Assembly (NCBI GenBank): GCA_001643675.2
Contig: LSRY02000003.1
Location: 434,001 to 498,000 of the forward strand
Origin: Monocercomonoides exilis PA203
Taxonomy: Eukaryota; Protista; Preaxostyla
DNA: 64,000 bases
Direction: 5' to 3'
Shown here: positions 11,950 to 24,200 of the stretch, one piece after another
How positions within the stretch are numbered: the stretch's first letter is position 1
Layout: the number at the start of each line of letters is the position of its first letter
Notes under the pieces: model-generated
Told to the model about the DNA's origin: nothing
Databases searched by the model: none
What the model saw: only the letters and a program-made list of their open reading frames with translations
Translations under genes and position numbers: made by a program

Positions 11950-13390
11950 AAAATGGCTGGAAGGGAGCAGAAAGATTGTTTGAGTTTGTATTTATTTGTT
12001 TTTGAATGAAATTTATTTTTTGCATTGTTTCCAAAGCAGCAAGTGGAAAAGAATGAAAATGAATAAAAGCTGGATATCTCGTGATGCAGGGTGACCATCG
12101 AGTTGAGCCAGCGAATTCATATGGAAAGTGCCCAGGGTGAAGGGACTGGGAAGGGAATTGGAGATGATATTTTCAGAAGCAAAAAAGGATATTTTTCAAT
12201 GATGATGAGATTGGAATAGAGCAAAATACATGAATTTCACATTTTTCAGAAGAGCAAGAAATCGATTAATTTGATGGAGAAACAACTGACGGAAAGGATG
12301 ATTGGAGAATCAGATGATGGAACACTTGAAAAAGGAAGGAATAATGAAATTGAATTGATAAAAACAGTTACCAATTCAATATAAAACAGAAAATTGCTTG
12401 TAAAACTGTTTAGAAGGTTTGCTGTCGTTATTTTTTTTGAAGTGATTATTAATTTTTTTATTCAGGGTGCTGAAAGAGAGAAGGATTAGATGGCTTTGAA
12501 GAAGAAAAGCCGGAAAAGTGGAAAAGAAAATGAAAGATGGGTTGATGAAGGAGAAAGCAGAAGCATACCAACCGACAAAACACAAAACAATCAAAAAGAA
12601 AGTTGACTTGTGATGAGCAGTGGAATTGAAGAAAATCTTCAATGAAATTATTTTTTTTTGGAGAAGGAGGAAGCAGTTGAGCCAGAAGCAAAGCACAGGG
12701 AGGAAATTTCAGCGAAAAGAAAAGGAAACAAAAACTAAAAAGGATGAGCAGAGGAAGAGAGAAAAGGGAAGAAGAAGATGATGATGAATAAGAGACATTT
12801 CAAAGAGGATATTGCCATTATAATCACAAGAATGAACGAACAACCGAAAAGCGAGAAAAGACTGTGTGATGGAAGTCAATGTGAAAGTTATCGAAGGAAA
12901 GGAAGAAAGAGGCAGAGAGATCAGAATGAAGATCTCTTAGCAGAGGCACATTAAAGAAAGAGAGAGAGAGAAAGAGAAGATCAAACAGACAAAAGAGATG
13001 AAAGAGAATGAATCACAAAGCAGAAACAGAAGGAGAAGAATGAAGAGCTGTGGAAGGTGAAGATGAACAGAATGAAGAACAAAGAAGAATCGCAGTGGAT
13101 GATGAAGAAAGAGGAGATCTCAAAAAGAGGCGTATATGAGGAGGAAATGATGATGAAAATGAAGGAATATTGGCAACAAAAATGGAAGCAAAATAAAAAG
13201 AGTTGCAAATGAAGAAAGAAGAAATGGGGCTGAAAAAGAAGCAGAAGATTGGATGAGCGAATGAAATGACAAAGTTCAAAAGACAGAGGCAATTGACGCA
13301 TGTTGATGAAGTCAGAGGGAAGCTGTCAGCAGAAAGAAGGAAAGAAAGAAAAGCAAATAAAAAAGAAAAACTTTGAACAAGAAAGATGAT
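11950..13390 (+). pseudogene. Degenerate purine-rich (Glu/Lys/Arg-coding-like) remnant
   Basis: Strong A/G skew like coding strands in this genome, but stops in all + frames and no recognisable domain. Confidence 0.3.
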
Positions 13391-13914
13391 AAGATAATTT
13401 TGATATGCGTGATTTTTTTCAATTTCATAACGAAAACATTCAACATTATCTGCATTTAGAGAAACATGAAAAATCAGAAACAGATGCTGTTTTTTGAGCT
13501 TGTTGAATTTTCATTCAGTTGCCAAACGGTTTGAAGGCTAAAAGCACCAACAATCTCAAATTACAAAATCTTCTTGAAATATTCTGATGTATTTCGTTTC
13601 ACTTCTAAATTTTTTATGAAATATCGAACGAACTATTCAAAAATCAACACATTACAAAAATTGATTTTATGAATTTTTGAGAAAAAGAGAATTTGAATTG
13701 GGAATCATTAGATTTTCTTGAATTTACCAAAAATAGATGAAAAATCTTCACAACATTCTTGTTTAAACAGGGATCCATAAGCTTTCAAAAAATAAACAAA
13801 AATTCTTTTCAAAATAGCAAAATAAAGTTCTGTATCAAATTGTCAAAAAAAATATCCCAAAATGAAGTCCTCAAAAGCTTCGTGAACAATTGAACAGGCA
13901 AATAAATACATAAA

Positions 13915-13917
<3 letters not shown>

Positions 13918-13946
<29 letters not shown>

Positions 13947-13995
13947 CTTCTTCTTCTTCTTCTTCTTCTTCTTCTTCTTCTTCTTCTTCTTCTTC
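13918..13995. repeat. Perfect (TTC)26 / (GAA)26 microsatellite
   Basis: Read directly from the sequence. Confidence 0.97.
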
Positions 13996-14077
13996 ATTAT
14001 TCATGAAAATCATCATACTCATTTTTGCTCCTTTCAATGATCTTTCTTTTCTTCTTCGTCTAAAGACTCCACTTAGT

Positions 14078-16011
14078 CTAATAACAATCGTCAATATAAT
14101 AATAGCTCGCCCAATCATCACCAAACAGAATCTTCGAATACACATTTGAAGACATTTCACCTGCATTCACACATTTTTTTAACAGTCCAAAATATTTTTC
14201 TTCTTCTTTGACTGTTGAATCCAAAAGATCATGAAATTGTACCTCTGTATCTTTCACTCTCTTTTCTTTCTCTTTTTTATCTTCTCTTCCCATTTCATTA
14301 TAATTGATATCTGCATCTGCATACATGGCGCAAACCGGGCAAATGCTTGGGTCACATTTTGCCTTCAGCCTTCTTCTTATACGTTCATCCTTCTTCGCTT
14401 TGACAACATCTTCTGATAAATTTGGAGCCAAATGAGCATTCAACGTGTCAATAACTCCTTCTTCTTCGCACGCCTCTGCTAACATTGCTTTTAGCTCTCC
14501 GCGCAAAGGTTGCGGAAGGCACGAGTAATTTTCAATATCTTCTTCATCAACATCCTCCCGAAGTGGACGTATTTGTGCCTCCAATGATACACAGACCCAT
14601 CCATCCAAAAATGCCTTTGCTGCCTCCAGTCTCAACTTATCATTAGTCGTGTCACAAAACAATGAAGCTATTCTTCTCATAACATCTCTTTTCATGCATC
14701 GAGTGATTGACTCATAAGTCTGCTTCACAAGGAAACATCTGATGAACATAATTGCACACATCTGAAACTTTGAAATCATTTTTTGCACACTTTGCTCTTC
14801 GCAATACAGTCCATCGATCATGTGTTGGAAGTTGGCGCCACCTGAAGAATAAATATCAGAGCAACTTGCATCCAAAAATCTGCTTCCAGGGAAAATAGCC
14901 TTCCATTCTTCTTCAGTCCAGCTTCCAAACAAATAACAAAACACCTTTTCCACAATTCTGTCCTGACAAGTTAATATATGAACAAATGCATAAATGTGTT
15001 TGGCTGAAAGCCTGCACAAGCACTCGAAGGCTTGAAATGCGATGCAGCAAATTGCACCGCGTGAGTACACAGGCGGAATCCAGTCAGAAGAATTGCATTT
15101 GGGCAATCCAGCAGAGGCTTGTTTGGAATTGAATGCATTTGGATCTGGAAGAAACGAATCAAGAGTCAAAATGTTGTTCGTTTTGACTGTCTTGCCAAAT
15201 ATCAAATAAACTCTTAGTGATGACAGTTTTTTCGTCATTTTGATTGTTTCGATAACAACAGAATGATATTTGTTTGATAAAAGGCTAAACAACCATTTCC
15301 CAACCAAAGCGCATGTGTACGCTCCAATAATTGGAGTAGCTCCTGAGAAAGACAAATAAATAAATAAATAAAAACATTTCTTGAAATGGATTTCTTCTCA
15401 CAAAAAATGAAATACCGTTATCAGCAGTTAGATATCTATAATAAGCAATTGTATTCAGGCAAATATCTTCATCGTCCTGTTCGCACAAATGACCCAGTTC
15501 GTAATCAATGTCTTCATATCTTTCCTCTTCAGAAAACAGTGAAATTGATTTTGCTAGTCTTTTCGCTGGCTTAGATAGTTTTCTCATTCTCATTTTATAT
15601 ATTCCTTCAAAAAGATCGCTGGAAAGGCATAAAATTCGGGATATTCCCCCAAGAACGCGAGCTGCCAAAACTTCGCGAGGACTTTCAACAGCTCCACAGC
15701 TGTCCTTCAATTTATTAATAATGTATTTGTGTTTAAAAGATTTGGAGAACTCATGAATCTTGGGTTTCAATAATTTTAGCAAATGATAAAATCTTATCAG
15801 CAGTGGCTCCAATTCTCCAATTTCTTTTTTCCGGATTTCTGTTGAAAAAAAAGATAAAAAATATTTGACAGTTATGAGCAAAAAATTTCAAAGAATATAC
15901 TTTTTAATAAAAACCACTTTTAAAATATTCAATCTCTTCATTCACTGTCATCATATCCATAGTTTTGAAACTATTTTTTGATGTATTTTTTAATTCTTTT
16001 GCTTTTGACAT
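14078..16011 (-). CDS. Uncharacterised, probably helical (ARM-like) protein; exons ~16011-15918, ~15839-15416, 15342-14078
   Basis: ORFs 15285-15881 and 14078-15355 join through phase-1 intron 15415-15343 (TADN-G-ATPIIG). An upstream exon MSKAKELK...EYFK joins through a phase-1 intron. No recognised domain. Confidence 0.7.
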
Positions 16012-16492
16012 GAGCATGAAAAGTATTTTTCCATCAAATTATTTATAATACAATTATGGGCAAGGATAATTGTTTTTTTTACTGATTTTCAAAATTGAAA
16101 GCGTGATTAATTGGAAATTTAAAGGAAAATATTTAGTGTTTATTTAAAAAATATAAAAGTTCAGTTCATGTTAATGCACAATGATTTGATAATAAAAATA
16201 GCAATTGTATAAAAATAAAAATAAATATGTAAAAATATCAAAAAAAATTCATGATACTAATATTTCATCAAACCACATAACTCGTATGGATAAATAATAT
16301 CGCACTTTGCTCTTTTTATTAAAAAAAAACTGAAATAAATTCCAAATTGACAACATATCAACAAATTATCATATACAAAAAGTTATTTCGTTTGATTGAA
16401 TATTTCCAATAAATAAAACATTCATTATTCCACCATGATAAAATTTTTTATTATGGGCAACTGATGGATTATGTGAATATATTGTATTAGAC

Positions 16493-16957
16493 ATGTCCTT
16501 TAAACTTCTTTGGGTAATCAGAACATTCATAACGTTGCTGCATTTTATATTTTTGCTTTGTTTGGTATTATCATTGAATAAAGGAATTTCTTTCTTCGTT
16601 GCAAACATAATTGGGACTATTTCCGTTTTTATTGAACTTGTTTTGTTTGAAACCGGTTTAAGTTGTTGCATTACAGACAGCACTCTTATTGTAATACAAT
16701 GCATATTCCATTGCTTTGGATTATTTTTTCAAGGAAGAATTTTACTATCATTAAATGATTATGATAACCAATCATGGGTATGCTCAATAACATTATGGTG
16801 TGCATTTCTAGATTTTCTTTCAAAAAAATATATTGCAAAAAATTATAAAAAATATTTGCTTCTATTTATATTAAGCTTGCTTCTTTTGATAGTTGAACTT
16901 TATTCTTTAACGTTGCATATTTTAGCAAACAGAAATTCACATATTAAGCGTACTTAA
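16493..16957 (+). CDS. Four-TM protein resembling the ciliary transition-zone protein TMEM107; probable intron 16798-16875
   Basis: RTFITLLHF, VFIELVLFETGLS...IQCIFHCFG and CLLLLIVE resemble remembered TMEM107 segments (RFLTLLAH; VELAGFLSGVS...SIGAHCSA; FCSALPAVTE). Not verified by search. Confidence 0.5.
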   Translation: MSFKLLWVIRTFITLLHFIFLLCLVLSLNKGISFFVANIIGTISVFIELVLFETGLSCCITDSTLIVIQCIFHCFGLFFQGRILLSLNDYDNQSWVCSITLWCAFLDFLSKKYIAKNYKKYLLLFILSLLLLIVELYSLTLHILANRNSHIKRT

Positions 16958-17521
16958 AATATGCTATTGATGCTAACCATTCATGATTGATAAATTATAT
17001 TTACATGGAAGCTATCATATTTATCTAACTCATTTGATTGAATAATAAAAGATTGATTTGTCCGAGAAAAAAAGGAAATTATCCGAAATTAATAAATTAT
17101 AAATCAAGTTGAATGCAATGCACTTCTTCTTTAAAGGCTGAGCCGCAACTTGTGCTCGCTAAGAAGATACAACCCGAAGTATCTGACAAGCAATTATTAA
17201 TTATCTTTTCAAAGAATGAAGGAAAATGATGTTATTGAAAGAGCGCAAATATATCCTTTGGGAAATGATAAGGAGGATTTTTTCAATATTGGAACTTTTT
17301 ATTTGTTAATAAATATATGTCTATATTTCAGAAGTAATTTTTATTCGAAAATCATTTGCAAAATATTCCAATACAAACAAGAAATGAATATCTTCAATTC
17401 TATTTTTTGAATTGCGATTTCATGTTAAATATTCAAGAGATTAAAAAAATTCATCTTTTGATAAATTTCGGAATTTCTTCAAAGATGTTGTTTTTTCACC
17501 CATACTATATTTAGCAAAATA

Positions 17522-18052
17522 ATGGAGGATCTTCAATCTTCTGAGGAAGCCGTATTTCCCGTAGATGACGTTAGAAACGTTGTTAAAGAAGTTTTTTATT
17601 AACAATTTTTACTAATATATTCACTAATTAATATGTATATATTTTTTGAAGACTGTTCAAAAAGTTCTTGAAAACCAATATTTTGAACAAGAGAAAGTAC
17701 CTGAATGGGTTGACACAATCAACAGTATGACTGTTAAAAAGCTATGCGCACTTCAAACACCCTTTAAATATATAGGTTTGTTTCATAAAGTTGTATTCAA
17801 CTATTTTTTGAATAATCGAATTTTTGATTTTTTTTTAAAAAAAAACAGTTACAACTGTTATTATGGAGAAAAAGCTCGCAAATCTTCATTGTTCATGTTC
17901 TGCCCTTTGGGATAATGTGAACGACGGTTTGAATTTTCCCAATTTTTAAATTTTTGAATATAAAAATTCTGTTTTATAAAGGAAATTTCGTTCATCCCTG
18001 GGAAAACAAGAATCTTTTTTGCTTGACAACCGTATTTGGAGTACAAATATAG
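17522..18052 (+). CDS. DYNLT1: Dynein light chain, Tctex-1 family; 4 exons (17522-17590, 17652-17775, 17849-17926, 17982-18052)
   Basis: Spliced product MEDLQSSEEAVFPVDDVRNVVKETVQKVLENQYFEQEKVPEWVDTINSMTVKKLCALQTPFKYIVTTVIMEKKLANLHCSCSALWDNVNDGNFVHPWENKNLFCLTTVFGVQI*, with Tctex motifs PFKYIV, WD..DG and WEN...C..VFG. Confidence 0.93.
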
Positions 18053-18239
18053 TAAAATAAGAAATTCATTTCAATCTTTCATTTTGCTCATTTCATTTCA
18101 TTAATAGCTAATTTTTTTTTTTTTTTAATAATTATTCAAATTATTTTTTTACATCACTTGATCGATGAACTCGAACTCATGCCTCACAAAGAAATAATTC
18201 GAATAGATTACGAGACTTGTAAATTATAAAAGAATATTT

Positions 18240-21200
18240 TTACTGTGAAAAGCAAAGAATAACGTTACGAAGCATTTCAGAAAACAAGTGATAACAACAT
18301 GAAGAAAATCGAGATGATAAAAAGATATTCACAGGTGCTAAGGAATTTTTAAGGAAGTCTAAAATTTCTGAAAACTGTTTCTTTCTTAGCACAATGCAAG
18401 AGGCCTCTGATTCGCCCATGTTGCTTGCTGTTGATGATGAATGTTGATTGTGCTTCGACAGAACGAGACAAAGGAGAATGAGAATGTGAGAGAAAAGAGG
18501 AGTGATTCCAGTGTGAAACTTGACAGTCGAAGAAAGAATTCCTTCTTCTTCTACAAGATCAAACATTGTGGTATTGCGAATCGACGAATTTGAGAAGGAG
18601 TCAAAGCATTGGACCACTGAAATTATAAAAATAAAGGAAATAAGAAAAGAAAGATAGAAAAATTGAGATGATTTGGAAGATGATGGACAAATAGAGATTA
18701 TGAAAAGCAACAACAAAATTATTTCAAAAAGATATATAGCAAAAACATGAAAGCAAAAACATGAAAGCAAAAACATGAAAGCAAAATAACGTCATATCAT
18801 TTAAAAAAGTAGCCATTTCAAGAAGTTAAAATAATCATCAACAATGATTTAAAATTTTATATTTAAAATTTAAATTTAAAATAAAAATAAAATATGAAAG
18901 AAAATTAGAAAGAAAGAAAGAAAGAAAGAAAGAGGCATACGTTCATCATTAAGTGAATCCAGCACAGCTGTCTGCACTCTCTTGCATTCCCTTTGGAGCG
19001 AGTCATCTGAATCCAGCAAGTAGCTGACAAGCAGCAAAATACGTGAGCAAGCAACAGAATGCAACGGATGGAGTGTTTCGAAATGAGACAAGAGAGCATT
19101 CACAGTCGATCGAAGGAGATTTTGAACTGAAGGAAGAGAGAGAAGAACTTTCTGCTCTTTCTTAGCACCGCTTGAATTACCAGAAGCCTGTGCAGACGAA
19201 TGATAGATCAAAAAGAGCGCTGCGGTGGCAACTGCAATGCGCGCCTCAGCCACAAACACAGTTGGCAGCTGATTTGCAGAAGGAAACAGTTTTTCCTCCT
19301 CACAGCCAATTCCTGCTTTCTTCAGAACAATCTTCGCCCGCTTGAAAGAAGACATCCAGTCTGCTTTAACATCGTCGTCTGTCAAGTCAATCACAACCAA
19401 ATGATCGGGGCGTGACACCGTCTTGAGGGCAGACTGGTCGATTTTCACTTGTTCTTGTGCAGTTTCTGCCAATGAAACATCTGCTCCTCTTTCTCTATCA
19501 AATTCCTCGCTTTCATCTTTGCTCTCATTCTCAAAGTTGATCAGCCAGCTGATAAGCTCCACAAGATCCTCAAACATCATCGACGCTGCTTCTGAAAGCG
19601 GAATTTCGCCTTCATCTGCCTCTTTCTCTTCTGCTTCATTTTCATCTTCTGCTGTGTCTTCCTTCCTTTGTTTCTGAAGGCAGAACGTAAGCAGCGCAAT
19701 CAGATGATGCAAAACATTGATGCTGTTGTGTGTCTTTGGCTTCTTTTCTGGTTTTTCACATTCGCAAACAGAAATCTCTTTATTTCCTTCTTTTTCTGGT
19801 TTGTTCAGAATGTCAACACATTCCCCTTCTCCTGTAAAGTTGTACGAGAGAAGAGCAAGCTCAATGCGCGAGGCAGCTGAAGAGAGAGAAAGAGGTAAAG
19901 ATGAAGGAGAAGATGAAGATGAAGATGAAGAAGAAACAATTTCGGATGCTTTTGAGAAAGACGAAGGCAGATAAGATGAGGCAGAAAGGGAGAAAGAAGA
20001 AGAATTGTTGTACAGAAGTTGCCCAATTGGCGAAATAATTCCATTTGTTGAGAAAAGATTGCTGAATGTCTGAAGAGATGGAGAAATAGAAGACAATGAA
20101 GAAGAAGCAGAAGCAGATGAAAGATCAATTGCTGATGGCTTAGACACAACTGGCGCAAGAGCAGATTGAGCCAGCACAGTTTGTGACAGCTCCAAAATGT
20201 GTTGAATTGTCTCATCAATTTTTTGCTCTTCGTCTTTTGACAGCTCAAAACATGTCGATTTGGCTGATGTTTTCTCAGATTCATCACTTTGTGAATCAAA
20301 ATTAATGTTTGATTTTGGAGATTGAACAGATCCTGCGATTGATGATTCGTTTTCTTCTGCTGCATCTGTGGAGTTGGCTTCTTGTTCTTCCTCGTCCTCT
20401 TCCTCTTCTTCTTCTGTTGAAAACTGTTCAGACAGACACTGCAACAATCTGGCAATTGCAAAGAAGAGTCTTCCCAACAGAAGTTGCAGCTGCGACAGAA
20501 CTAAACAGATATCACTGCAGTTAATTGCATTTGTTGTGAATGGAGTATCGAAGGAAGAAGAAGAAGAAGAAGAAGAAGAAGAAGAAGAAGAAGAAGAACA
20601 ATTTGCTGAGTTTTGATTTATCAGTTGTTCATAATCAGGCAAGTTCTGTTTCAAAGATTCGGAGTATCTCATCAACTGCTTCAGTTGCGCAAAGAACAGC
20701 TGCAATTGAATGAAAGATTGCTCTTCTTCAAACATCTCAAATTCTTCCTGTTTTGCATTCGCTTCATTTGAATCATCGACCTTTGAATTATCACTAACAA
20801 ACACATTCATCAGTGCTTTGAGTATCTTCGACAGGAAATATTGTAATCCCGTTGACCCTCTTTGTCTTGCTGTCACGCTTTCCTTGATTGTGTATTCATC
20901 GTTTGACAGCTGCACATTCGACGAATCAGCAGCCGCCAGTTCATAAAGCGAGGACAGCAGAAGAGAAGCTGAGTTGAGGCAGTGGATGATCGATGAAAGG
21001 AACACAGAAACAGAACCAGAAAGGAAAGAGCCAGACAAAGCACATCCACTTGATGACTGTGAGAATGATAACAGCATTTTGGAGTTATCCCATTTGAGAA
21101 CGGGGAATAACAACAAAGAAGAAGAAGATGAGGGAGATGATGATAATGATGATAATGATAATCCCTCTTTTGTTGTTTCACTGTCTAAATTGCACAGCTC

Positions 21201-24200
21201 ACTTCCATCAACAACAGATCCCCCAGCATTCTGCACAAGTGAGGCAACAGAGTTGAGTGCAGAAACCGAATCGAGAAAAGACAAGTAGCTGTTTTCAGAC
21301 TGCCAATCGAGCGAAACCAGGCGAGTTGGATTTGTGAGGCTGCTCAGTGAGAAGTTAGCATCGTCTTTTTCAGTGGTATCAATTGCCATTGCATTTCCTT
21401 TTCCTTCTCTCTCATCAGCCATCACATTCTGCACATTCATTGAATCGTCACTCACAATCGTCATCGTCTTTTTTAACAGCGGGTCATTTGCATGTCCTGC
21501 AGGCAAGACAAGTGAAGATCCCATCTTTTCAGCCAGTAAAGAGAGAACAAGCGAGCGGAGAAGATGAAGCTCCACAGAAAACGGAGTCAGAATGAGCGAC
21601 TTTGACACGCGGCGGAAGGTCAGCTCAAACACAGACAGAACTGGAGAGCACAGACGGAATGGGAGAAGTGCAGAAGATGAAGATGAAGAAAATGATGATG
21701 ATGGAGATGATGATGAAGATGATGATAAAGGAACAATTTTAGTTGTTGATGTTGTCTGCTGAGAAGCAGAAGAATCAGGCGAAAGGGATGAAGGTGTCAT
21801 TCCTTCATCTGTGCTCTTCTTTTCCTGAATAGATGGCGAAAGGGCTCTGTCATTCTGTGTATCAGCCATTTCGCTGCTTTCCATATCTCCTCTTTCTCCA
21901 CTGCTTTCGCCCGGCTCAGCTGCCATCAATCCTTCTTCTCCTTCTCTTCCTTCTCCTTCTCCTTTTCCCTCTTCTTCTTCTTCTTCTTCTTTCTCTGCAT
22001 CTGTCTCATCCATCATTGCAGGCGTCAGCTTCGCAAATGGGTCTTCTTTGACCAACTCTTCGATGTTCTCTCTGAGAATCACCGATCTTCCCTTCACAGC
22101 AACAAACAGCGGTCTGCAGACAGATTCAACAATTCCTTTCTGTTTGGCATCGTCCAATGAAGAGGCCTCAAAACAGAGCGAAAGCGACACAGTGCGCGAC
22201 GCCTCGAACACCAGCGACAGAACAGTCGGCGAGACAAAGTGGGGCATAAGGGCAAAGGAAGGCAAAAGCGCTGGGAATGTACTTGCGAACTTCTCAGGAA
22301 CACTCTCAAAGAATGGAAATGCTGATGAAGAAGCGTTATCTCCTTCTGCAGCATCTTTATCATTGATTCTTCTTTCATTGAGAATTGACGCTTCGGGATA
22401 AGCAGCCATCAGAAACGGATACGGCGCATCGGCTGTGGAGCCGAGGGACTTCTCCTTCGAGCTCTGAATGGAAGACAGCATTGCAGGTGTGATTCGCGAA
22501 GACACCAGCATCTCCACTGCACTGTCATCAACTGAATCATCCGACTCAGCAGACTCAGCACACTCACCAATAGTCTGCCCAAAAGCATCCTGCAATTGAA
22601 TTGACCCCATTTTTTGAGTTGCCTTTTTATTTCTCTTTTCTTCCCTCTTGTTTGCAGAGCCCACAACTTCTGTCACGCTCTGCAGCACCGACAGCATCGG
22701 CACTGCACTCAGCGGGTCAGTCAGCCCATCGCACACAATCTGCGCCCCGAGTGTCTTCGTATTTCCTGCTGAAGAAGAAGAAGAAGAAGCATGTGTCACT
22801 TTCAAGGCAGGGGTGGATGCGAAGAGGAGGCGGAGCTGCGAAACGAGAGAGAGATAGTTCGGCGAGCGTGTAGTGGGACTCGAAGCAGAGGAGAAAGAAG
22901 GAGTGATTGCCTGCACCGCAAAGGCTGCTTCTTGTATCGTGTTGACGGTGCGGATGTTTTCAATGTTCAGTTTTGTGGTCAGTTCTGTGAATGACTTGGA
23001 AGATGACAAAGAAGATGAAGATGAAGAGAAGGATGATGATGATGATGAAGGAGAAGTAGAAGGAGAGTAACGATTTATTGAAAATCCGCTTGAAATTGAA
23101 GGGTGATTCATCACAGAAAGAGGAAGAGGCTTAGAAACCGTCTTCGTCTCCACATTTCTGAATCCCATTGCGTGTGCCAAGTCAGCCAGATTGAGATACA
23201 GCGAGAGATGGAGTGTGGCCACAGACGGGGCGAAGGGAGAAGAGGAAGACGAAGAAGCTGAAGTTAAATGAGGGTTTTGATGCACAGCTCTGCGGATATC
23301 CTTTGTGGCTGTGTAGAAGATTGACTGGAACTGCTCAGCAAATGACGTTGGGTGATTGATGTGCGATTCTTTTTCTTTTTCTTCTTCTTTTGTTTCTTTG
23401 GTCTCATCTTTTGTGGTTGAAGTTGAGTCATCTGCTTCTCTAATGTTAACCGTATTCTCATTCTTCTCATTTTCTTCTTTTTCTTTTTCTTCGACTCCAG
23501 TTTCTCCTGAAATGCTCTTTTCCCCATTCGTTTTCCTTCCTTCTTTCATCTCGATCAGAATCGCCATGTGCTTCAAGGAAGACAAAAGAAGTGAATATGC
23601 AATGGCTGCAGAGGGAGATTGTGTGTCCATTTGAGCAGAGCCAGGCGAAAGAGCAAAGAGAAGTGCGAAGAGGGACAAAATACGATCAGTTGCTGAGATT
23701 TCAGAAGGAGGAGGAGGAGGAGAAGAAGAAGAAGATGATGATGATGATGATGATTGTGGCAATGGTGAAAGAGAAGAGGTAGATTCAGAAGGTGATGAAG
23801 GTGATGTAGAAGGTGAAGGAGAAGGAGAAGATGAAGGAGAGGAAGGTTGCAATGGAGAAGGAGAAAGTGATGATGGCGATGGTGAAGATGAAGAAGAAGA
23901 AGGCGTATAAGCAAAATGATTCGAAGCTCCGTTTTGGCCCGACTGCTGTTGGACAAGCTTCACTTTTTGCAGCTTCTTCATCTGTTTTTTGCTCATTTTT
24001 CCTAAACACGAAATCGAATTCGCTCTATTTTTGTCTTTGCTCATCACAAACGTGATCACACCGCTGCACAACTTGCTTAGCTCTCCTTTTGTTTGAGCGA
24101 TGGACTCTTTCCCTTTCATCAGAAGTTGCATTGCACGTGAAGCGACTTCTGCATCTCTGAACAGAAGAGCGAGGCTGAGGAGGAGACGCTGCGGGATTTG

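Noticed and set aside
17113-17410. Short exon-like patch upstream of DYNLT
   Set aside because: Trial splicing gives only a tiny peptide with no recognisable homology.
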